51,733 nucleotides of DNA, taken from contig JAVZJR010000005.1 of assembly GCA_038870635.1 (NCBI GenBank), forward strand, positions 1-51,733, in the 5' to 3' direction. Positions 8,164 to 17,994 of the stretch are shown here, one piece after another (within the stretch, counting starts at the first letter, position 1; every line of letters starts with the position of its first letter). The notes under the pieces were generated by a model that was not told the DNA's origin, did no database searches, and saw nothing but the letters and a program-made list of their open reading frames with translations. The DNA comes from Candidatus Bilamarchaeaceae archaeon (GTDB taxonomy: Archaea > Micrarchaeota > Micrarchaeia > Anstonellales > Bilamarchaeaceae). The translations under genes were made by a program, and so were the position numbers.

Positions 8164-10902
8164 CTATTCTACTAAAATCGCTGCTTTCCCAGGAAGTGCA
8201 TTTTTTGCTTTTTCGTGTTTTGCATCTCTTTCCATTAAAACAACAACTTTACAACCTGTTTCCTTTTCAAAGAAGGATACGCTGTCTTTTAATGCGGTGT
8301 ACTCTTTTTCTTCTCCTATTGTAGATGGAAGAGAATGAATATTCTTGATTATCTGTTTTGTTACTTTGGCCACTTCATCCATTCTGCTTCCCAACAATGG
8401 GTCATTTTTTGCTTCTATCATTATTTTATCCATCGATTTTTGTTCTCTTGCTATAGAGTAAAGATGATGCTTCCATTCATCAGCAACATAGAGTGTTATG
8501 TTCTTTGGTTCTATTCCTTTTGTTTTCACTAATGATATAACTTTTTCTACGTCATCCAAGGTTTGCTTTACAAATTCTTCTGATTTCTCAAGGTCATCGT
8601 CAATAGCATTCTCGTCTACTTGTGGAAAAGATTGATTGATTACCAAATCGTTTTTCTCAAGCATGCTCCACCATTCTTCTGCAACATGTGGTATAAAAGG
8701 TGAAATCGCTACAACCCATTTCTCAAAAAATTGATTTAGGTTATAATTTTCCGTGCGCGCGCAGTACCACTTTAAGTCATTATAAACATCATAAAAAAGT
8801 TCCATGGAAACGCCGCGTAAGTCCAAATCTTCATATAGTTTTTCTGCTTTTTTTATTTTTTTGTTGAGTTTGGACAGCAACCACTTATCCATTCTATTTA
8901 TTTCCTTTCTTTCGGCTGACTTTTTTATTAATTCATTTATGTAGTTTAACCTTACTCTGATACCTTCAGCTACTGTTTTATTGAAATCAGTGTCATGTAA
9001 AAGATCAGCCCCACAAACAACAGCTAGTCTTATTACATCTGCACCATACTCCTTTATTGCTTTTCTCAATGGTAAAATGTTGCCCATGCTTTTACTCATT
9101 TTTGCCCCGTCCATTAAAACAAAACCATTTGTCACTATTTGTTTTGGCCAAAATTCCTTTGGGAATATGGCAACATGATTAAAAACAAAAAGAGCGAGAT
9201 GGTTTCTTAAAAGATCAGCGCCACTGTGCCTTGAATCCAAGGGGTACCAGTAAGTGAAACTTTCTCTAAGTTTTTTCCAAGATGGTTTTCCTTCTCCTAT
9301 TCCTAAAAAAACATAATCAAAAAGTTCATCATTTATCTCCTCTTTTGGTATATCTTTTAACAAGTGCGAAATTGTATAGAACGCCATGTATATGGTGGAA
9401 TCAGATAACGCCTCAATCATTTTAGATTCATCAAATGGAAACTTTGTCCCTAACCCTTTCGCACGGGAACATGGTTTTGTTTTTAACCATTCTACAGTTG
9501 CTTCTAATTGCGCGCGTGATTCTGGAGGCAGAAGTCGCATATTACGCAAGCATTCTTTTGTTTTTTCTTTCCATTCCTGATTTCCATAGTCAATAAACCA
9601 CTGATTTTGTAGGATATTTACAACTACTTTGCTGCCACATCTACAATAAACAGGTGTATTCGCTATCGTATAAATAGTTAATGCGTTATTAGATTTTAAT
9701 AAATCATCTGCTATTTTTTCTTTTGCTTCTTTTACTGCTATTCCTTTATAATCACCGACAACCATCTTTCCGTTATGGGCTTCAACTTTGTACAATTCTT
9801 TTGTTGCTTCCTCAGCCTTTTCGTCATTCTGATCTTTTACACCTAATTTCTCAACAATCTCTTTTGAAGGATTGGTGCCGTATCCACTTGTTTGTATTAC
9901 TTGTGGCATTTTTATATTATCTTTACCTAAATCACGTAGAGCAAGATAATCATAAGGCGCGTGAGCAGGAACACTCATTACAGCACCGCTGCCAACATCT
10001 TCTTTAACGAAACTGGCAGGATAGATAGGAATTTCATCTTTATTAATAGGATTTATTGCTGTAGAGGACAATAGCTCCTCTGGCGTGATTTTATCTATTA
10101 TCTCTAAATTTAGCTGGTAAGAAAGAAGATGAGCAGCTTCTTTAGCAAGTATGTAATTTTCATTTTTTAGACGTGCGATTACATAAGGTATTTTAGGATT
10201 TATCCAAATATTTGTCACTCCATATATTGTTTCTGGCCTGTAAGTTGTAACAACTATGTAAGCATCTCTTTGTTTTAGTTTAAACTTTATTGCAGTAACC
10301 TTCTCTAGTTCTGGGTCAACATCTCCTTTTGTATCATGAGCGCTTACTGCCTGTTGGTCGTTCGGACACCACGCTATTGGATACTCTCCTTTTACAAGAT
10401 AACCAGCATTTTTTAATTTTCTAAATTGCCATTGAATAAACTTATTGAAATTATCATCAAAAGAATAAAATTTCCTTCTCCAATCTATTGAATATCCCAT
10501 TTCCTTCATTCCTTTTTCTATTTCATTTGAGAAGTAAAGAACCAATTCGCGGGGGTCAGTAAGGGTAAGCGCTTTTTCTCTTGGTATGCCATAAATTTCG
10601 CTGAAGACTTTAAGAACATCCTCATCTCTTTGTGCAATTCTCTGCGCCATGGCGATAATAGGGGTACCGGTTACATGAAATCCCATCGGAAAAAGAACGT
10701 TATATCCTTTAAGCCTTAGATAACGCGCGTATATGTCTGTAGTTGTATAAGTCCTACCATGACCAATATGTTGAGGTGAATTAGGATAGGGAAATGCTGC
10801 GGTTATAAACTTTTTTTCTTTATTTTGCAATGGATCATTTTCAAAGCATTTTTTATTTTCCCAAATAGAGTTCCATTTACTATCAATTTCAGAAAAATTC
10901 AT
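8164..10902 (-). CDS. leuS: Leucyl-tRNA synthetase (archaeal type)
   Basis: FPYPN..HIGH, KMSKS, CP1 editing motif GSGAVMSVPAHAPYD. Confidence 0.98.
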   Translation of the reverse strand: MNFSEIDSKWNSIWENKKCFENDPLQNKEKKFITAAFPYPNSPQHIGHGRTYTTTDIYARYLRLKGYNVLFPMGFHVTGTPIIAMAQRIAQRDEDVLKVFSEIYGIPREKALTLTDPRELVLYFSNEIEKGMKEMGYSIDWRRKFYSFDDNFNKFIQWQFRKLKNAGYLVKGEYPIAWCPNDQQAVSAHDTKGDVDPELEKVTAIKFKLKQRDAYIVVTTYRPETIYGVTNIWINPKIPYVIARLKNENYILAKEAAHLLSYQLNLEIIDKITPEELLSSTAINPINKDEIPIYPASFVKEDVGSGAVMSVPAHAPYDYLALRDLGKDNIKMPQVIQTSGYGTNPSKEIVEKLGVKDQNDEKAEEATKELYKVEAHNGKMVVGDYKGIAVKEAKEKIADDLLKSNNALTIYTIANTPVYCRCGSKVVVNILQNQWFIDYGNQEWKEKTKECLRNMRLLPPESRAQLEATVEWLKTKPCSRAKGLGTKFPFDESKMIEALSDSTIYMAFYTISHLLKDIPKEEINDELFDYVFLGIGEGKPSWKKLRESFTYWYPLDSRHSGADLLRNHLALFVFNHVAIFPKEFWPKQIVTNGFVLMDGAKMSKSMGNILPLRKAIKEYGADVIRLAVVCGADLLHDTDFNKTVAEGIRVRLNYINELIKKSAERKEINRMDKWLLSKLNKKIKKAEKLYEDLDLRGVSMELFYDVYNDLKWYCARTENYNLNQFFEKWVVAISPFIPHVAEEWWSMLEKNDLVINQSFPQVDENAIDDDLEKSEEFVKQTLDDVEKVISLVKTKGIEPKNITLYVADEWKHHLYSIAREQKSMDKIMIEAKNDPLLGSRMDEVAKVTKQIIKNIHSLPSTIGEEKEYTALKDSVSFFEKETGCKVVVLMERDAKHEKAKNALPGKAAILVE

Positions 10903-10955
10903 GATTATAGGTTATTAACGAATATTTTAAAATATAATTAAAAAAAACACTACAT

Positions 10956-12695
10956 ATGTGCGGGATAATAGGATATATAGGCTCAAAAAAAGCATCGGAA
11001 GTCATACTCAATGGACTTAAAAAGTTAGAGTATCGCGGTTATGATTCAGCAGGCATCGCTGTTTTAGACAAAACAATAGAAATAAAAAAAGACGAAGGCA
11101 CAGTGGATGTAATATCAAAAAAGTTTAATTTTGCATCGCTTAATGGGAATGTAGCAATAGGTCATTCGCGCTGGGCTACACACGGTGCACCATGCACTAT
11201 AAACGCCCACCCTCATTCTGACTGTAACAAAAAAGTTGTGCTGGTCCATAATGGTGTTATTGAAAACTATAGAGAACTAAAGGATAGAGTAGTAAAATCC
11301 GGACACAAGATAGTTTCTGATACTGACTCTGAAATAATCGCACATTTAATAGAAGAAAAAATGAAAAACAAAAATCCCTTTGAAGCATTTAGAGAGGTAT
11401 TATCAGAACTAAAAGGTTCCTACGCGCTTGCTGTTTTGATATCCTCTGAAAGAGAAAAAATATTCGTGGCGAGAAAGAACAGCCCTCTTATACTCGGTGT
11501 AGGACAAGGGGAAATGTTTTGCGCTTCTGATATCCCAGCGATGCTTGCCTACACTAAAACATTTGTACCTTTAGAAGACGAAGATTATGGTTTTATCTCA
11601 AAACATGGATACGAAATATACAACTTAAAAACAGGTGAAAAAGCAAATAGAAAGGTGATAACAGTTGATTGGGATATTATGGTTGCAGAAAAAGGAGGTT
11701 ATCCTCATTTTATGCTCAAAGAGATAAACGACCAAAAACACTTTGTTTATGACGCATTAGCAGCTGATACCTCGTCAGCAAAAGAATACATAGATAAACA
11801 TACAATTATCGATATAGTCGGTTGTGGTACATCTTACCATGCGGGCCTTCTTCTTTCAATACTACTAGAAAAAGAAGGAAAGCGTGCAAAAACATACATT
11901 GCAAGCGATTATTCTTATATCTCCTCACCGACTAAAGACACTCTGGTTATAGCAATAACACAGAGTGGAGAAACCGCTGATGTTCTACAAGCAGTGAGAT
12001 ATGCAAAAGATAAAGGAGCAAAGGTTATTGCGATAACTAATACCGTTGGCTCTTCTATAACAAGAGAAGCGCATGCATCTATATATATGAATGTGGGCGC
12101 GGAGATTGGTGTAGCTGCAACAAAAACTTTTATGGCTCAATTAATAATAAGTTACTCAATCAGCAATAAAAAAGAAAAAATAAATGAAGTTCCTAAAATA
12201 ATAGAACAATCTTTAGCAAACGATAAAAAAATAAGAGAAATCGCAACAGTAGTGAAAGACGCTAAAGACTTGTTCTTTTTATCGAGAGGGATAACCGTAC
12301 CCATTGCTTACGAAGCATCGCTAAAATTTAAGGAAATATCTTACATACATTCCGAAGCATATCCGGGGGGAGAACTAAAGCACGGGACATTAAGCCTTAT
12401 AGAGAAAGGAGTACCGGTTGTAATCTTTGCACCTAATGATGAAACAGCTCAAAAAATACTTGGAAACCTTAAAGAAACAAAAGCACGTGGAGCATTAGTC
12501 ATAAGTTTCACTGATAACAAAGAGATTGCAGCAGAAAGCGATTATGTTGTACCAATAGAAACACCGAAAGAAAAATTAGTCTATCCTTTTTCATTCTTAG
12601 TTCCTCTTCAATTATTTGCTTATTACACTAGTGTTATGAAAGGAAACAATCCAGACAAACCAAGAAATTTAGCAAAAGCGGTAACTGTTGAATGA
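10956..12695 (+). CDS. glmS: Glutamine-fructose-6-phosphate transaminase (isomerizing)
   Basis: MCGIIG, EYRGYDSAG, HSRWATHG, TQSGETAD, GELKHG, PRNLAKAVTVE. Confidence 0.98.
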   Translation: MCGIIGYIGSKKASEVILNGLKKLEYRGYDSAGIAVLDKTIEIKKDEGTVDVISKKFNFASLNGNVAIGHSRWATHGAPCTINAHPHSDCNKKVVLVHNGVIENYRELKDRVVKSGHKIVSDTDSEIIAHLIEEKMKNKNPFEAFREVLSELKGSYALAVLISSEREKIFVARKNSPLILGVGQGEMFCASDIPAMLAYTKTFVPLEDEDYGFISKHGYEIYNLKTGEKANRKVITVDWDIMVAEKGGYPHFMLKEINDQKHFVYDALAADTSSAKEYIDKHTIIDIVGCGTSYHAGLLLSILLEKEGKRAKTYIASDYSYISSPTKDTLVIAITQSGETADVLQAVRYAKDKGAKVIAITNTVGSSITREAHASIYMNVGAEIGVAATKTFMAQLIISYSISNKKEKINEVPKIIEQSLANDKKIREIATVVKDAKDLFFLSRGITVPIAYEASLKFKEISYIHSEAYPGGELKHGTLSLIEKGVPVVIFAPNDETAQKILGNLKETKARGALVISFTDNKEIAAESDYVVPIETPKEKLVYPFSFLVPLQLFAYYTSVMKGNNPDKPRNLAKAVTVE

Positions 12696-12702
12696 TAATT
12701 AC

Positions 12703-13350
12703 CTAAGCTTTTTTCAGTTGTGGGTATTTCTCTAACATAAGTTTTACTCGCATCCACCATAAATCTAATTCTTTCTCTTTTTCTCGCCAATCAGAGTATT
12801 GCTGGCTTATTTTTGCCCAAAAATCTTTTCCATGGTTTTTTATACTTCTGTGAGTAAGTTCATGAAATATAACATATTCTATTAATTCTTTGGGTAAAAA
12901 GAAAAGATAAGAAGATAATTTTATTTGGTCTTTTCTTATGGAATAAGCGCCTAAACGGGAGCGCATTCTTCTTATTGAAATCGATGGAACTCTATCAACC
13001 ATTTTACTAACGCATTCATTAGCATAGCAAAGTAAGTGCTCTCTGGAAAAAGGCAAATAGGTTAAAACTTCTTCTATGCTTTTTTCCATCCCGAAAAGAT
13101 AGCAACAACCTTCTGGTATACCGGCCCTTTTCTCCATATCTTGTAGTTGAGCTATCTTTTTTTCTATCCACTCATATTTTTCCTTCAGTATTCTTTCGGC
13201 AGCAGCGTTATTTTTTGCAGTTACTATTATTTTTTTACTATTCGCTATTTTTATTCGGTTATAACGGACGTTTCGGAATACTTTTATTATTTCTAATTCT
13301 TGTGTATTTTCGTTTTCATCAAAAAAACTAAGGAGAGTTTGTTGTGTCAT
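12703..13350 (-). CDS. YgjP/DUF45-like zinc metallohydrolase
   Basis: IRRMRSRLG, EYVIFHELTH...NHGKDFW. Confidence 0.85.
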   Translation of the reverse strand: MTQQTLLSFFDENENTQELEIIKVFRNVRYNRIKIANSKKIIVTAKNNAAAERILKEKYEWIEKKIAQLQDMEKRAGIPEGCCYLFGMEKSIEEVLTYLPFSREHLLCYANECVSKMVDRVPSISIRRMRSRLGAYSIRKDQIKLSSYLFFLPKELIEYVIFHELTHRSIKNHGKDFWAKISQQYSDWREKEKELDLWWMRVKLMLEKYPQLKKA

Positions 13351-13629
13351 CTAAAACTTCACCACCTTGCTGTTTTTTTCATCATACATAGCCATCTCTC
13401 CTTTTATCTCCACTCTATCTACTATCATTTCTTTCTCATTCTTTAATGTTACAATCATAAGGCGCTCTTTCTTTCCATCTTTGTAAACTAGAAGGATGCT
13501 ATACTTTCCTTCAACTTTTTTTCCATCCAACTTTTTGTACTCGTATACGACAAATCGTCCATCATCTACAATTACTCTTGCTTCTTTCTCTCCTTTAGAG
13601 GTCGTAGTTATTGTTTCTTTTGGATACAT
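13351..13629 (-). CDS. Hypothetical protein
   Basis: 92-aa ORF tightly packed in a minus-strand run; no recognisable motif. Confidence 0.65.
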   Translation of the reverse strand: MYPKETITTTSKGEKEARVIVDDGRFVVYEYKKLDGKKVEGKYSILLVYKDGKKERLMIVTLKNEKEMIVDRVEIKGEMAMYDEKNSKVVKF

Positions 13630-14177
13630 AGAGAAACCTCTTTCTTCATTTTTTCATCCTCAAAAAATTTTATATGGATATTATTCCCATCGATACTCAT
13701 TAAGATAAAGGTTTGAGAAGTAGATTCACTACTTCCACCCCATACTCCGGTTGCTGTGCCTGGATTCAAGAATATTGCCTTTCCATTATCTAAAATATCA
13801 AAACTCATCCTATGGGTATGGCCATGCACAACGATGTCTGCTTCATATTCTTTTCTTATCTTATCAAGTTGCTCAATGTTACCGCGAGGATAAACACCAC
13901 TCCCGTGCAAAAGAAGTATTCTAAAGTTTCCAACTTTGACTATTTCCCTTTCAGGAAGATTTATATAATCCATGTTGCCACGAACACAAAAAATAGGTGC
14001 AAAACTTTTAAGTTTGGTTATCACGCTGTTATCTGTAAGGTCCCCAGTACAAAGTATTAAATCAACTTTCTCATCCTTGATTGTATTAACTATCCAATTC
14101 GGTATTTTTTCTGCTCTTTCAGGAATGTGAAAATCACCAATCAAAACTATTTTTACTTTCCCTCTTTGTAATTCCAT
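13608..14177 (-). CDS. Metallophosphoesterase, MJ0936/YfcE/Vps29-like
   Basis: GDFH, CTGDL, RGNMD, HG, GHTH, NPG. Confidence 0.92.
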   Translation of the reverse strand: MELQRGKVKIVLIGDFHIPERAEKIPNWIVNTIKDEKVDLILCTGDLTDNSVITKLKSFAPIFCVRGNMDYINLPEREIVKVGNFRILLLHGSGVYPRGNIEQLDKIRKEYEADIVVHGHTHRMSFDILDNGKAIFLNPGTATGVWGGSSESTSQTFILMSIDGNNIHIKFFEDEKMKKEVSLCIQKKQ

Positions 14178-14623
14178 ATTCTATCGCCAACATAATGCAA
14201 ATTCAATACAACTTTTCCTTTGTCCAGAGAACGCATTTCTTCCGTTGAAAAAAGCGCCAAACCAACAGCGAGCACTTTACCATAGGTCTCCTCAATTACT
14301 GCAACACCGTCACCTTCTTTTATATTCTCATCAAAAAAAACTACACCTGGCCGCATGATGTCAGCACCATTCGCAACAAACTTTATTGCGCCTTTATCAA
14401 CAGTGATCCTTTTCAGTAACGTATTGTTTTCTGTAAGCAAAAACAAAGTAGGGAAGATTTTGTTTTGGTATTCAAATAAAACAGGTTTGCTTTCTAAAAG
14501 TATTATATTTCTATCTTCTGTAGTCACCATTTCCACTCTGCTCTTTACGGGCAATTGATAGGCAAAAGGTATTCTTTCATTTATTTCTTTTATATCAGAT
14601 TTGCTTAAGGATACTTTTTTCAC
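14153..14623 (-). CDS. PUA-domain RNA-binding protein (MCT-1/Tma20-like, DUF1947)
   Basis: VDKGAIKFVANGADIMRPGV, LHYVGDRIW. Confidence 0.9.
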   Translation of the reverse strand: MKKVSLSKSDIKEINERIPFAYQLPVKSRVEMVTTEDRNIILLESKPVLFEYQNKIFPTLFLLTENNTLLKRITVDKGAIKFVANGADIMRPGVVFFDENIKEGDGVAVIEETYGKVLAVGLALFSTEEMRSLDKGKVVLNLHYVGDRIWNYKEGK

Positions 14624-15528
14624 CTTCTCACCCGCATATGATAAAAGTCGCTTTCCTCTATTATACTTTTTGTCTTACATTCCCTATAGCGCATAGAATC
14701 TATATCTTCTTCTAAATGTTTTTTTAAGACACGTTGAACAAAATCTTTTTGTGGTTCCACAGTGGCTTTTAACCCTTGCGACAAAAAATGAAAGTTTAAG
14801 TCTGTTGTAACCTGGCCACCATAGTCTCGGTAAATTGCGTTATTCCACTGTTCTGGATACATTTCCCTAATGTTTTGCAAGGAAACAAAACCATAATCGA
14901 ATACGTCTATAAAACCTTTAGGGCTTAAACCCCGTACGCATACTTCTAAGTGCTTTCTGGCAAACACATTAATCGGAATAAGATAATCTTCAGGTGCATT
15001 TTCCATGTATTCAATCAATTCTTTATCTCCTTTAAATGGTTTTAACTGTGATTTACCATTCTCAATATGAAGTTCAAAAGTTTCATTTTTATTTCTCAAA
15101 AGTATTTTGGCAGGAAGGTCGCTGTACAATTCATTAGAAAGTATAAAATCAGCAGATTTTATAAATTTAGGAAGACCTTCATAAACAATGCCATCAACAT
15201 TAAAACCAAATGCATCACCACGTCTAACTGCATTTTTAACAAGCTTCTCTGAAATATCACATAAATGATAAACAACTCTTTCAGCGAATGCAGGCTCAAT
15301 TCTACGGAGGTTTTGCATAATCGAAATAAAAAGTGTCCCTGTACCAACACCTAACTCATAAACGTTTATTGTTCCTCTCTTAACAGTTGAATTATAAAAA
15401 TCGCGTGCAATTGCTTCTGCAAAATACTTATCTGCTGCAAATGTTTTGAAATCTTTAAGAAAATCCACTCCTTTATTTTTATAATAAGTTGCATTCTTTT
15501 CTTTTTGATATTCTTCAAAAGTTACCAT
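14620..15528 (-). CDS. SAM-dependent methyltransferase, MidA/NDUFAF7-like
   Basis: YY...DFKT, ELGVGTG motif I, LSNELYSDLP, FDYG, TTDLNF. Confidence 0.78.
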   Translation of the reverse strand: MVTFEEYQKEKNATYYKNKGVDFLKDFKTFAADKYFAEAIARDFYNSTVKRGTINVYELGVGTGTLFISIMQNLRRIEPAFAERVVYHLCDISEKLVKNAVRRGDAFGFNVDGIVYEGLPKFIKSADFILSNELYSDLPAKILLRNKNETFELHIENGKSQLKPFKGDKELIEYMENAPEDYLIPINVFARKHLEVCVRGLSPKGFIDVFDYGFVSLQNIREMYPEQWNNAIYRDYGGQVTTDLNFHFLSQGLKATVEPQKDFVQRVLKKHLEEDIDSMRYRECKTKSIIEESDFYHMRVRR

Positions 15529-15578
15529 GATTATGAATGCGGAGTAAGTAATTTAAATACTTTCAGAGAAGACTCACC

Positions 15579-16136
15579 ATGACACTGAAAAAATATGTTC
15601 TGGATACATCGTTGTTTGTGAATCCCGCAGCCAGAAAATCATTTGGCAAAGACCCTGATTCAGCAGTTAAAAAATTCATCCAAATAGCGCGTAAGAAAAC
15701 CGATGTTTCTTTTTTTATGACTCCGATTACTTTTCGCGAATTAAGGAATTTCATAAAACAGAAAACTGCAGATGAGCTTGCAATTTTCATAAAGCAACGT
15801 TCTGCTAATCTCTATGCAATTTATTTGCCAGCCGCAGTTTTGTATAAATTTATAGATAATATTCGCTCGAGAATAGATAAAGGATTAAGAATTGCTGAAC
15901 AATACGCAATTGACAATAAACCAAATAACAATACTAAACTCAAAACGTTAAGAGAAAAATATCGCGCTGCCCTTCGAACTGGTATAATAGATAGTAAAGA
16001 AGATTTTGAAGCACTTATGTTGGCAAAAGAAATAGAAGGTACGATTGTAACAGCAGATGAAGGCGTGATAAACTTTGCTGATGAAATCGGTTGTGAATGG
16101 CTCAATGCAGTTCATTTTTACAAAGCATTAAAGTAA
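15579..16136 (+). CDS. Protein-only RNase P (HARP, Aq_880 homolog; PIN family)
   Basis: VLDTSLFVNP, RSRIDKGLRIAE, LREKYRAALRTGIIDSKED..LAKE..VTADEG. Confidence 0.9.
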   Translation: MTLKKYVLDTSLFVNPAARKSFGKDPDSAVKKFIQIARKKTDVSFFMTPITFRELRNFIKQKTADELAIFIKQRSANLYAIYLPAAVLYKFIDNIRSRIDKGLRIAEQYAIDNKPNNNTKLKTLREKYRAALRTGIIDSKEDFEALMLAKEIEGTIVTADEGVINFADEIGCEWLNAVHFYKALK

Positions 16137-16963
16137 TCGTCTAATAATGTTAACAAGTTGTTAACCATCTTGAGTTTTTTGTGCTTTGGGATCTCTTCTT
16201 TTAATATTCTTATAAGGTCTTTTTTGTTTAACCTATGATTTGCTTCAAGATAACTATTGAGAGTGTCTATTACTTCACTAGCTGTTAAAAAACCACCGTA
16301 CATCAGTTGGTTGAGTGTAATAGAAAGGTCAAACGCCATCTCACCTAAAATTTTTCTACTAAAAGGAGTTACGAGTGCTTTTTCTAAATCTATTATCCTT
16401 ACTTCTAAACGCTCTTCGTTTCTAAAAAGATTTTCATTTTCATTTGGATTTGGTATTATTATAAAATTTCCAAGATGTCCATCTCTATGTAAGATAGATG
16501 TTTTGCCATTCCCTATATGCAGCTTTCCCATCGCAAAAAGGATAGCTTTAACTAATCGATCTCTGTGTACAGGTTTCATTGTAAAGGGATTCATGTTTAC
16601 CGGCGGAATACCATCAAAAAATTGTAGTGCAATAAGACCCTCTGTCCTACCATCTTCTCTTAAAACACCACCAGTAATTGGTGTGATGTCAGTAATCTCT
16701 TCAATTTGAAGCGTTTTTTTGAACTCTGTTAGAGCATTATTTGATTTTTTTATTACATAATTATCAATTTTTGATATTACACGCCCTCCTTTTGATTGGG
16801 CGTCTAAATCAACTGTCATAACTCTCATCGCTACGTCATTCAAAAAAAACTTAGTGAGTAATCTTCCTACTTCTTGTCTTCTAATCGGTGTTTCAACAAC
16901 ATACTTCTTTTTATTGTGCGCAAATGAGTAAGAGATGGTATCCATAAAAATATATTTATACAA
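16118..16963 (-). CDS. Protein-kinase-like fold protein (RIO/Bud32/APH-like)
   Basis: YVIKK (ATP Lys), LH..LHRDGHLGNF catalytic loop, IIDLEKA Mg motif. Confidence 0.7.
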   Translation of the reverse strand: MYKYIFMDTISYSFAHNKKKYVVETPIRRQEVGRLLTKFFLNDVAMRVMTVDLDAQSKGGRVISKIDNYVIKKSNNALTEFKKTLQIEEITDITPITGGVLREDGRTEGLIALQFFDGIPPVNMNPFTMKPVHRDRLVKAILFAMGKLHIGNGKTSILHRDGHLGNFIIIPNPNENENLFRNEERLEVRIIDLEKALVTPFSRKILGEMAFDLSITLNQLMYGGFLTASEVIDTLNSYLEANHRLNKKDLIRILKEEIPKHKKLKMVNNLLTLLDDYFNAL

Positions 16964-17008
16964 ACATATTTAAAATTCTTCCTGATAACCAACTTTATGA
17001 TTAGATAA

Positions 17009-17093
17009 AGCCTCTGGAGGGGATTGAACCCTCGACCTTTCGATTTCCGGTAGATATTACAAGTCGAACGCTCTACCACTGAGCTACAGAGGC
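17009..17093 (-). tRNA. tRNA-Thr(UGU) with 13-nt intron at 37/38 (intron 17045-17057)
   Basis: Minus strand GCCTCTG/CAGAGGC acceptor, TAGCTCAGTGGTAGAGC D arm, TTCGA-CT-TGT-A[intron]A-TCGAA, GAGGG-TTCAATC-CCCTC T arm. Confidence 0.93.
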
Positions 17094-17150
17094 ATGATAA
17101 GAATAATATTTCCCATCTATTTTTATTTCTTTCACATTTACAAAAACATA

Positions 17151-17834
17151 ATGCTACTGTACAAGATAATATCAATAAAAAGAACATGCGATAGTATAAA
17201 GATTTTTACCCTCGCACCACTAAAAGAAAAAATAAGTTTTAAAGCAGGACAATTTGTAATGTTGTCTCTCTTGAATGAAAAAGGCGCAGTAATAGATAAA
17301 AGACCGTATTCAATAGCGTCATCACCAGAAGATAACAATTTAGAGCTTGCGATAAAGATGGTAAATGGTAGATTCACATCAAAACTTGATATGGTTAAAG
17401 AAGGCGAAGTGGTAGGTATCGAAGGACCATTCGGCCATTTTGTTTTTAATGATGAGAAAAAAGCTGTTTTTATTGCAGGAGGAGTTGGAATTACCCCAAT
17501 CATTGGGATATTAAGAAACATAGCGAGAAAAAACATAAAAGGCGATTATCTCTTGCTTTATAGCTGCAAAACAAAAGAAGATGTTTTATATGAAAATGAA
17601 CTTGAAGAATTGAAAAAACATGGTATAAAAATAATAATATTTTTGACGAGAGAAAACAAAGATAATTACGAAAGCGGAAGAATAGATAAAGATAAAATTT
17701 TAAAGTATGTAACGCAGCCTACACAAACTGTGTGGTTCATCTGCGGCCCGCTAGCTATGACGACAACAATAAGAAAAAGCTTAAACGAAATTGGCGTGCA
17801 GGATAATTTCATAAAATCCGAAGGATGGGGTTAA
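17151..17834 (+). CDS. Ferredoxin-NADP+ reductase-like FAD/NAD(P) oxidoreductase
   Basis: FKAGQF, RPYSIAS, GRFTS, GPFG, IAGGVGITP, ICGP, EGW C-terminus; start moved to ATG 17151. Confidence 0.9.
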   Translation: MLLYKIISIKRTCDSIKIFTLAPLKEKISFKAGQFVMLSLLNEKGAVIDKRPYSIASSPEDNNLELAIKMVNGRFTSKLDMVKEGEVVGIEGPFGHFVFNDEKKAVFIAGGVGITPIIGILRNIARKNIKGDYLLLYSCKTKEDVLYENELEELKKHGIKIIIFLTRENKDNYESGRIDKDKILKYVTQPTQTVWFICGPLAMTTTIRKSLNEIGVQDNFIKSEGWG

Positions 17835-17870
17835 AATATATATTTGTTTTCGATTATCTTATATTTCCAC

Positions 17871-17971
17871 GGGGCCATGGGCTAACCTGGTAGACTGCCG
17901 GCTTCGGGTGGAGTTTTAGCTTAAAACTCAAGAAAAAGCCGGTGATCTGAGTTCAAATCTCAGTGGCCCCA
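17871..17971 (+). tRNA. tRNA-Pro(CGG) with 28-nt intron at 37/38 (intron 17909-17936)
   Basis: GGGGCCA/TGGCCCC acceptor, CCGGC-TT-CGG-G[intron]A-GCCGG, CTGAG-TTCAAAT-CTCAG T arm. Confidence 0.93.
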
Positions 17972-17994
17972 TTTAAACAGGAGGCGAATAAAAT

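Noticed and set aside
16867..17187. ORF 16867-17187(-) and the N-terminal extension of the 17094 ORF
   Set aside because: The first spans the tRNA-Thr gene; the extension abuts the tRNA 5' end, so ATG 17151 is preferred
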